From the NCBI GenBank assembly GCA_000146045.2, contig BK006938.2, forward strand, positions 32,001 through 96,000: a stretch of DNA of 64,000 nucleotides, given 5' to 3'. Made by a program: the position numbers and the translations under genes. The notes under the pieces were generated by a model. That model was not told the DNA's origin. It searched no databases and saw nothing but the letters and a program-made list of their open reading frames with translations. Origin of the DNA: TPA_inf: Saccharomyces. Taxonomy: Eukaryota. This document shows positions 56,248-64,000 of this stretch, in pieces. Each line of letters begins with the position of its first letter. Positions within the stretch are counted from its first letter, which is position 1.

Positions 56248-57864
56248 ATGAGATTTGTGTTCGATGAGGTTTTCAATTCAGATACTGATTCTCCAGAATT
56301 TGAGGAAACATGTTCTACAACATCTTCTACGTCATCGCAATGCCCTACACCTGAGCCGAGCCCAGCAATAAAGTTACCTTCATTCACGAAAGTTGGCACG
56401 AAGAAATTGGTAAATGAGTCGGTAGTTATTTTAGATCCTGCTCTAGAAAACGCCTTGCGCGATTTGAACCTTCAATCGAAACTGATCCCCATTAATGAGC
56501 CCATTGTAGCCGCGTCATCGATAATAGTACCGCATTCAACCAATATGCCACTACCGAGAGCATCGCATTCGTCATTGCTAGATAATGCTAAGAACTCAAA
56601 TGCGACAGCACCCTTACTCGAGGCAATAGAAGAATCTTTTCAAAGGAAAATGCAAAACTTGGTGCTTGCCAATCAGAAAGAAATTCAATCTATTAGAGAA
56701 AATAAACGTCGTGTTGAAGAGCAACGTAAGCGAAAAGAGGAGGAAGAGCGCAAACGTAAGGAAGCTGAGGAAAAGGCCAAGCGGGAGCAGGAATTATTAC
56801 GTCAAAAGAAGGATGAAGAAGAACGTAAACGCAAAGAAGCTGAAGCAAAGCTAGCGCAGCAGAAACAAGAAGAAGAAAGGAAGAAAATAGAAGAACAGAA
56901 TGAAAAGGAAAGACAATTGAAAAAAGAACATGAAGCCAAATTATTGCAGCAGAAGGATAAATTGGGTAAAGCAGTTACAAACTTTGATAAAATCTCCAAA
57001 ATGTTTTGGCATTATAAAGACAAAATTGCTCAAATAAAGCAAGACATAGTTCTGCCTATAAAAAAAGCTGATGTGAATGTAAGGAATTTGCTCTCACGTC
57101 ATAAAAGGAAAATTAACCCGAAATTCGGACAATTAACTAATAGCAACCAGCAACTTTTTAAAATACAGAATGAACTAACTCAATTGATAAATGATACTAA
57201 AGGCGACTCTCTAGCATATCATTGGATTTTAAACTTTATTGCCAAAGCCGTAGTACATCAGGCGGAAACAGAAGTCAGGGTAAAACCAGAGTCTGCTCTG
57301 CCCCTAGGGAAATTGACTTTATATTTGTTAGTCCAATTCCCAGAGTTACAGGAATTGTTTATGGCAAGACTTGTCAAGAAATGCCCCTTTGTGATAGGAT
57401 TCACGTGTGAGATTGACACAGAAAAAGGCCGTCAAAACATGGGATGGAAAAGAAACAACGAGAATAAATGGGAAGATAACACATCCTACGATGAGAGAAT
57501 GGGCGGGATCTTATCATTATTTGCCATAATAACGAGATTACAGTTACCTCAAGAATTTATCACCACCACGAGTCATCCTTTCCCCATCGCATTATCGTGG
57601 CATATTTTGGCTAGAATATGTAATACGCCACTAAATTTAATAACAAATACCCATTTTGTCATACTCGGTTCGTGGTGGGATGCCGCTGCCGTACAGTTTC
57701 TTCAGGCGTATGGGAACCAAGCCTCTAAATTGCTAATCTTGATTGGTGAGGAATTGACCTCCAGAATGGCTGAAAAGAAATATGTGGGTGCTGCGAGATT
57801 AAGAATTTTATTAGAGGCCTGGCAAAATAATAATATGGAGTCCTTTCCGGAAATGTCTCCTTAG
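56248..57864 (+). CDS. GLE1: Nuclear-pore-associated mRNA export factor, Dbp5 activator (YDL207W)
   Basis: The track ORF starts at a TTG at 56218. The ATG at 56248 gives 538 aa starting MRFVFDEVFNSD. Central coiled coil that is very E/K/R-rich, and a C-terminal Gle1 domain. Confidence 0.93.
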   Translation: MRFVFDEVFNSDTDSPEFEETCSTTSSTSSQCPTPEPSPAIKLPSFTKVGTKKLVNESVVILDPALENALRDLNLQSKLIPINEPIVAASSIIVPHSTNMPLPRASHSSLLDNAKNSNATAPLLEAIEESFQRKMQNLVLANQKEIQSIRENKRRVEEQRKRKEEEERKRKEAEEKAKREQELLRQKKDEEERKRKEAEAKLAQQKQEEERKKIEEQNEKERQLKKEHEAKLLQQKDKLGKAVTNFDKISKMFWHYKDKIAQIKQDIVLPIKKADVNVRNLLSRHKRKINPKFGQLTNSNQQLFKIQNELTQLINDTKGDSLAYHWILNFIAKAVVHQAETEVRVKPESALPLGKLTLYLLVQFPELQELFMARLVKKCPFVIGFTCEIDTEKGRQNMGWKRNNENKWEDNTSYDERMGGILSLFAIITRLQLPQEFITTTSHPFPIALSWHILARICNTPLNLITNTHFVILGSWWDAAAVQFLQAYGNQASKLLILIGEELTSRMAEKKYVGAARLRILLEAWQNNNMESFPEMSP

Positions 57865-58175
57865 AAAATTCTGAACTTATATATGCACATTATGCTAATA
57901 CACTTTATAATGACTTTATTTTAAACGTCGCCATTTTTAGTTTTATTTTCGGCTCGATATCAAGGGATGGCAGAAAATACGTCATGAATATTAAGCCGTA
58001 AGTGGGAAAAGTTAAGACAATCTCCCACTCAAATATACGTACGTGAAATTGACATTTGAACTACCGCTCATAATATCTTATTCGATCAAGCAGAATATTC
58101 ATTCTTTTTCCGGCGCCTATCTCCTTACCTTTATTTGTAAATGCTACTCTTCATTTATCAAATTTTTTAAAGCAG

Positions 58176-60464
58176 ATGCATAAACCTTTAAGATGGCTAA
58201 TAACGATAGCCTTCTACGTTTCGAACGTTATATTAATAGGCTATTCCCTTTCTAGTAATGGCTCAATATCTGAATTTTATCTGCATTCTGTTGTACTTAT
58301 TGAATGCTTCTCTTTACTAGGAGTGGTTACCTCTGACTGCTTAACACCATCTTTGTCATACATTTCCAGTAACATATTCCATATTTCCGATAGAGTATCC
58401 GGCATGACTTTATTAGCATTGGGGAATGCACTTCCTGATATTACTAGTACTTACCAGTCGATGAAATCTGGCGTGACTTCCTTGGCCATTGGTGAGTTAT
58501 TTGGTGGCATATTTTTTCTGTTAACCGTTGTGATTGGACTAATGGGCTGCGTAGCCACTATTCAATTTCAACATGACAAGTCTATTGAAACTTACACAGA
58601 AGAAAGCTTTGACCAAAATTTATCGTATGATAGAAGCAATTATATATTGGATGTCGGAATATTCACTTTTATGCTCTTAGTTTCGGGCACTTTTCTAGCA
58701 GATGGAAGACTGTACTTTTGGGAGTGTATTGTCATGGTTTTAACCTACTGCTGTTGTGCTGTCTATTTAATAAAAAGCTACAAATATCCCTGCGAAATCA
58801 ATGATGCTTTAGAAAGAGAGGTAGAAATAAAAAAAACTGTACTTGCAAATAATCATATCACTGTTCCAAATCGATTTACATTAACGACTACCAGTGACAT
58901 TACATCCACAGACGATGGAATAAGATATGTAAGGCCTTTGGGGGATACACAGATTGATGAGGACAACGCTATTAGTTTAGATCCAACTCGTTTACCAAGT
59001 AAATCCCTGGATAACATTTCGAGATTTAATCAAGGTATACCTGAAAGAAGGGATTTAATAAGACGTAGAATACGGGGATATTTACGGTCGCATTATCATG
59101 GCTGGGTAAGAATGACGTTACAAGATCTTTTGAATATATGGGAGAAGCAGAATCTTTTTAACAATACAGTAAAATCGTTGTCTTTACCCTCCGATGATAC
59201 TCATTTATTTACTAAAGCTTCTTTAGATGAAGAAGGGAGGCCTTTAATAAGAAAAAGGATGAATTCATTACAACCTAAGGATTTTTACAAATATTTGTCC
59301 CTACGGAATGGGGAAAATTCAAATGCGCTGGATACTGCAATCTCTGCTCCCCAAAACGAGTATCAAACTTACTATAATGAACCCACAAGTTTGTTTTTGA
59401 CTGTGCCACAAAAAAAAACCTCCAAGAAATCATTAAGCTGCGATCGCATTCCAAACTTGGTCCGGAGTAATAATATTATATTAAATGACGAGGCTACACG
59501 TACACAGGAATCTACCAATGCCTTGAACAGCATATCAGATGTTATCGACAACTCTCTCTTACAGTATGAGAGAGATGATATAATTCTCGATAGAACACTA
59601 TCTCTCTGTTCAACAAAGAGTAGAACCGCTTGGCATAGTTTCCAACTTTACAATTACTTAACAGATGTGTCCTTGGAAATTGGTTTCTTTGAGTTCTTGT
59701 CATTATTAGTCACTACGCCGGTATCAATAATTCTTTATCTTTCAATACCATCAGAGATAAGTCAAACAGACCATGACTTACCCCTTTCATACCTACAGAA
59801 TATTCAATTGATTGCTTCGCCAATAATTCTCAACCAACTCATCACAAATAACTTTTCATTTTGGTTGCTCATCTTATCGCTGGTGATAGCCATCTTATTA
59901 TATTTTAAAACTAGGACCATACCGAACAAGTTCAACTCTGATATAATCTTTACAGTAGCATTTTTATTGTCATTGGCCTGTCTTTCGAAAGCTGTCCACA
60001 TAATTGTAGTCACGTTAACGCATTGGATAAATGTGTTTAATATATCGGAAACAATACTAGGTTTAACCATTTTTACATGGGGTAATTCGATTGGTGATTT
60101 AGTGTCAAATATTACATTCGTCAAAATAGGTGTTTTAGAAATCGCGATAGGAGCTTGTTTTGGCAGTCCACTTTTATATTTCTTATTTGGCGTCGGATTT
60201 GATGGAATTATGATAATGCTAGGCGACAAAACTGGAAAAATAGTGAGTGGCAGAGATAGTAATATTTTAATGCATCATATTGATTTTAAAGTGGATAAAA
60301 ACTTAATCAATACTGGAGTCGGAATTCTGATCGCGTTTTTGATATTTACGGTTTTGATACCATTAAACGACTGGAAAATTGACAAGAAGATTAGTATTGC
60401 ACTTCTTACGTTGTATATAGTTGTCACATGTATTAGTGTTTTTTTAGAAGTTCACCAAGTGTAA
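58176..60464 (+). CDS. Putative cation/Ca2+ exchanger (CaCA/CCX family) membrane protein (YDL206W)
   Basis: 762-aa ORF with ATG at 58176. Two clusters of TM helices, each carrying a GNALPD / GNSIGD-type alpha-repeat, separated by a long hydrophilic loop. Confidence 0.88.
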   Translation: MHKPLRWLITIAFYVSNVILIGYSLSSNGSISEFYLHSVVLIECFSLLGVVTSDCLTPSLSYISSNIFHISDRVSGMTLLALGNALPDITSTYQSMKSGVTSLAIGELFGGIFFLLTVVIGLMGCVATIQFQHDKSIETYTEESFDQNLSYDRSNYILDVGIFTFMLLVSGTFLADGRLYFWECIVMVLTYCCCAVYLIKSYKYPCEINDALEREVEIKKTVLANNHITVPNRFTLTTTSDITSTDDGIRYVRPLGDTQIDEDNAISLDPTRLPSKSLDNISRFNQGIPERRDLIRRRIRGYLRSHYHGWVRMTLQDLLNIWEKQNLFNNTVKSLSLPSDDTHLFTKASLDEEGRPLIRKRMNSLQPKDFYKYLSLRNGENSNALDTAISAPQNEYQTYYNEPTSLFLTVPQKKTSKKSLSCDRIPNLVRSNNIILNDEATRTQESTNALNSISDVIDNSLLQYERDDIILDRTLSLCSTKSRTAWHSFQLYNYLTDVSLEIGFFEFLSLLVTTPVSIILYLSIPSEISQTDHDLPLSYLQNIQLIASPIILNQLITNNFSFWLLILSLVIAILLYFKTRTIPNKFNSDIIFTVAFLLSLACLSKAVHIIVVTLTHWINVFNISETILGLTIFTWGNSIGDLVSNITFVKIGVLEIAIGACFGSPLLYFLFGVGFDGIMIMLGDKTGKIVSGRDSNILMHHIDFKVDKNLINTGVGILIAFLIFTVLIPLNDWKIDKKISIALLTLYIVVTCISVFLEVHQV

Positions 60465-60682
60465 TTTAATAAATCAAGATTTCATTTTTTATATACAAGC
60501 TATAATAAATATATTAACAACGAAGCTTGTATGAATAGTATAAAATAAACAAAGGTAGGAATTACATATTCTAATTGACAAAATATTTATGCAGTGGTCA
60601 TTTGAAAATGGTCATTAAATTAAACAAGTAATATGAGAGGAATGAGAGGGAAATAAATAACTGAAAGATAAAGGAGATAAGG

Positions 60683-60708
60683 AAAAAAAAAAAAAAAAAA
60701 AAAAAAAA
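60683..60708. repeat. 26-nt poly(dA) homopolymer in the YDL206W/HEM3 convergent intergenic region
   Basis: Uninterrupted a26. Confidence 0.85.
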
Positions 60709-60761
60709 GGGAACTTTAGTTAGTAATAATAGAGTTTTTGGACTGATCAAATTAATGGTGT

Positions 60762-61745
60762 TCATTTGATTCTGTCTAAATTAATTTCATCCAGAATTTT
60801 CTTTGCGCCATCGGCAATCATTCTTTCAGCTAGTATCTTACCACACGCCATGGAATCTTCTTTAACATTTTCTATTAGCATTTCAATTTCGTCTTCTACT
60901 GCTTCTGTGCCTTCAACGTCAACTACAATGGCCTTTAATAGTAATTTTTTAGTCTCTTCATTGTATTTAGATTCCACACCAATAGGAACGGAACAACCCC
61001 CCTCTAAAGTTCTCATCAAAGCACGCTCCGAAAGGCAACATATAGTTGCATTTAGATCGCAAATTTCGTCAAGAATCTTCATCATCTTGGTGTCACCCTT
61101 TCTAATTTCTATACCCAGGGCGCCTTGTCCAACTGCATGGTACATTGTATCCGAATGGAATCGCTGCGTAATTCTGTTTTCCAACCCCATACGCATCAAC
61201 CCAGCAGACGCCAAGATGATGCATTGGTACGGAGATTTTGGGTCGTCTAGTTTTTGTAATCTAGTTTGTATATTTCCTCTGACACTTTCAAATTTCAAAT
61301 GTGGGTATTTTCTTTTTAGCTGAGCAGATCTTCTCACGGATGAGGTTCCCACAATCCCCCCGTCTGGAAGGTCATCCAGAGACTTATAAGCAGAGTAAAA
61401 GGGCATGACAAGACAATCTGTTGGATCGACCCGCTTAGTGATACCCCCCAGCTCGAAACCCTCTGGTAGTAAAGTGGGCATGTCCTTCAGAGAATGAACG
61501 ATCAAGTCAAGCTTCTTTGAGGGATCGTCATGGTAAAGATGGTCTTCCAACTCCTTTGTCCATAAAGCTTTACCGCCAAATGAGTACAAAGGTTTGAATT
61601 GAATCTGGTCACCAAGAGTTTGCAAAGTGAAAACCTTGCAGTCGTAGTCCGGATACTTTTCTTCGATCAGTTTTAAAACATGGTTGGATTGTATTACCGC
61701 CAATTTCGATTTTCTCCCACCAATATGTAGAGTTTCAGGGCCCAT
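60762..61745 (-). CDS. HEM3: Porphobilinogen deaminase / hydroxymethylbilane synthase (YDL205C)
   Basis: 327-aa ORF with ATG confirmed at 61745. Conserved PBGD motifs, including the dipyrromethane cofactor-binding region. Confidence 0.95.
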   Translation of the reverse strand: MGPETLHIGGRKSKLAVIQSNHVLKLIEEKYPDYDCKVFTLQTLGDQIQFKPLYSFGGKALWTKELEDHLYHDDPSKKLDLIVHSLKDMPTLLPEGFELGGITKRVDPTDCLVMPFYSAYKSLDDLPDGGIVGTSSVRRSAQLKRKYPHLKFESVRGNIQTRLQKLDDPKSPYQCIILASAGLMRMGLENRITQRFHSDTMYHAVGQGALGIEIRKGDTKMMKILDEICDLNATICCLSERALMRTLEGGCSVPIGVESKYNEETKKLLLKAIVVDVEGTEAVEDEIEMLIENVKEDSMACGKILAERMIADGAKKILDEINLDRIK

Positions 61746-62604
61746 AGTACGTGTGTATTTACCAACTACAAATTTATCTAGATTTTCTTCGCTTTTCTTT
61801 TTTTCTATTGTTCTAGATATTAATACGGGATGAGAAGAACAGAATATTCAAAATCTAATACAGCCCTGTACCATGCAAACACGAGCGTCAATCTGCCAAT
61901 GACCTTGAATTCAGGCTATGTGTAGCAATAATACAGATAGTTAGTAGCCTCGTTTATATAAAGCGTTCCTTTACTTTTTCATTTTCTTTCTTTTTTTATG
62001 TTTGATTTTTTTACTTTTTCACTTTAAAAAATTGCTGAAATTTTCGTAGCCAAAAAAAAGACCTTCATTGCTTACTCATCGGTTTCTTATTGGTCAGACG
62101 CTCCCCAGGGTCAATTGACAAGGAGAGAAGGAATGTTATATGGGAATTGCTGCGTAAAGATGGTCAAAAATCCTGGACTGCCGTACGAACGACAATGTAA
62201 GGATGACTGCATTAGCCAGAAAGACATCTTTACCCCCGGTGCTGCCAGGGAGCAAAATAATTACGAAAAGTGGACGCAAAGTTAACTTAAACTACAAGGG
62301 TAGCAGCAGAATGTGTCGGTGGTACCGGTGTGATAATGCCCCATTTGAGATGCTTGTAATTGTGGCCTAGCAATAAGAACGCAAGGCGTTTTTGTTGAAA
62401 GGAGAACAAGGTTAGACGGTGACGTTTAGGCGCATAGGCAATCTCCCCTTATTGTTCACCCTTATTTCCACCCTCAAACGATAAAGCTTGCTACTTTGAT
62501 GAAAAAAATATATAAAAGGGATTGAAAAGCAGATCAATTATGTAGCAATAGTAGTAATAACTTGTTCAATTGCTTGTCTCAACTTGCCACAAACTATCAT
62601 CAAC

Positions 62605-63786
62605 ATGAATAGGAATACGACTACCAATAAGAACGCGAATTTGAATAACAGTAGAAATGCTAACGCTCCCGGTGAAGCAGGTCATCAGAACAAGACGGGA
62701 TTGATATACTGGACTAACCCTAGCAAGTCGGGTGCGAGCTTTGCTGCGACTCTGGTGAGTTTGCTGATCCTCAGAAATGTCAATGTTATTTCTGTTTTAC
62801 TTAAGATCGGATACATGGTGTTGTTCACGAGTTTTGCGGTGGAGCTTTCTACAAAGGTGCTATTTGATAAAGGAGTAGTGTCTAGGTTTGGCATGCAAGA
62901 GTCTCCGGACCTTGTTGGCGTCTTAAAGCCTCATATCGACCGCGAATTGGATCGTCTGCCTGCGTTAGAGGACAGAATCAGAAAGTTAGTGTTTGCACAC
63001 AGAACAAGAAACAATTTTACCATTGGTGTTTCCCTCTATTTCTTGCACGGCCTATTTGCTATATTCTCTATGAACACTGTTTTGATAATGACCACCATCT
63101 TTTTGTACACTGTGCCTTTAATCTACGATAGAAAGCAGGCTAGAATTGACCGTGCTATCGACAGGATGAAGGATCTAGTTATTCATAGGTTTCACAAAAA
63201 TTACAACAAGGTGGTTGAAAAGACTGAACCATACATTGACAAGATTATCCCACCCCAAACCGATGAAGGCAGCTACTCAACCTCTATCAGTAACGAAAAC
63301 AAATCTTCTACTTCTCAACGTAACAAGAGCGGCCTTTCCTCTTCTGAGTTTGACAACATGAACGACACGTCAGCCTCCAAAAGTGGCAAAGACAGCTATT
63401 CTACCTCTCAATATAACCGAGCCGAATATCCAGTTTCTCAGAATGAGAATATTGGCACCTTAAAATCTGGGAAGCAGGAAATACCAACAGAGAAGGATTT
63501 CAACAACAGGCATGAAAACTTCAGTAAACCAGATGTCAAGACATATGATCCAAGAACAGTTGATATTGAAGAAGAATTAGCAGCTCATCAGCGTGAACTG
63601 GAGCAAAACCTAAAAGATGGTGATTACAATCTGGTAGGAAGCAAGGAAATCCCAGATCCAATCACCGTTCCAGCTCCAACTAGACACACCACTAAACCCG
63701 CCGAAAGCCAATCGATTCCCATCAAGAATAATGAAACCTTACACAAAACCACGCACGGCCTAAAGCAAAAATTGCAACACGCATAA
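62605..63786 (+). CDS. RTN2: Reticulon-like ER membrane-shaping protein (YDL204W)
   Basis: The track ORF starts at a TTG at 62584. The first ATG, at 62605, gives 393 aa starting MNRNTTTNKNANLNN. Reticulon homology domain with two long hydrophobic hairpins, then a hydrophilic tail. Confidence 0.9.
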   Translation: MNRNTTTNKNANLNNSRNANAPGEAGHQNKTGLIYWTNPSKSGASFAATLVSLLILRNVNVISVLLKIGYMVLFTSFAVELSTKVLFDKGVVSRFGMQESPDLVGVLKPHIDRELDRLPALEDRIRKLVFAHRTRNNFTIGVSLYFLHGLFAIFSMNTVLIMTTIFLYTVPLIYDRKQARIDRAIDRMKDLVIHRFHKNYNKVVEKTEPYIDKIIPPQTDEGSYSTSISNENKSSTSQRNKSGLSSSEFDNMNDTSASKSGKDSYSTSQYNRAEYPVSQNENIGTLKSGKQEIPTEKDFNNRHENFSKPDVKTYDPRTVDIEEELAAHQRELEQNLKDGDYNLVGSKEIPDPITVPAPTRHTTKPAESQSIPIKNNETLHKTTHGLKQKLQHA

Positions 63787-64000
63787 TCTAGTTTTTTTTT
63801 TTTTCTCTCTTCTTTCTAGCTAGTAGTTCATTTCCTTTTCTTTTTTTCAAAGAGGTCATATTTATCACCAACTATATATTTTTTTGAAGAAAAGATATCA
63901 TTACAACGATAAGTAGTTACAATATTTTTTTTATTTAGTTTAAAATAATGAGTAAATGACGTCGCATTTCTTCGCTTTTGTTATTTTTATTCTCCTCTCA

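Noticed and set aside
56097-56399. 100-aa minus-strand ORF overlapping the GLE1 5' end
   Set aside because: It is antisense to the GLE1 start region and has no homology. It was rejected as a chance ORF.

Overview
This window is an ordinary, gene-dense piece of the Saccharomyces cerevisiae (S288C-like) nuclear genome. I recognise it as the left arm of chromosome IV, running from PHO13 (YDL236W) to RTN2 (YDL204W). From memory, HO lies at chrIV 46271-48031 and NHP2 at 87512-87982; if so, window coordinate plus 32000 gives the chrIV coordinate. I did not find a novel or undescribed system, and nothing here is prokaryotic (no CRISPR array, no operons).

I identified 33 protein-coding genes from their translated sequences: PHO13, YPD1, GYP7, MFG1, OST4, BRE4, PTP1, SSB1, HO, GCS1, SHS1, WHI4, HBT1, FMP45, CDC13, DTD1, YDL218W, TIM22, RRI1, GDH2, PRR2, NOP6, SHR3, YDL211C, UGA4, CWC2, NHP2, GLE1, YDL206W, HEM3 and RTN2. 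One of these is a 36-codon gene (OST4) that the ORF track misses. One is spliced (DTD1). There is one tRNA-Gly(GCC) gene with an LTR-like remnant upstream.

The ORF track evidently allows non-ATG start codons, so many track ORFs are too long at the N-terminus. I re-anchored the starts to the first ATG where needed.

The points most worth a second look are:
- The HO locus carries the laboratory ho missense allele (A189, S223, S405, L475).
- The long HO promoter shows an array of about ten SCB-like (CACGAAA) elements and at least four 20-bp a1-alpha2 operator matches.
- A Swi5-type palindrome sits at about -1300 relative to HO.
- The UGA4 promoter has a perfect 19-bp UAS-GABA element and a GATAAG cluster.
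- HBT1 contains 42-nt in-frame tandem repeats encoding a His-rich motif.
- The tRNA-Gly gene has a sigma-like LTR terminus at an unusual distance upstream.
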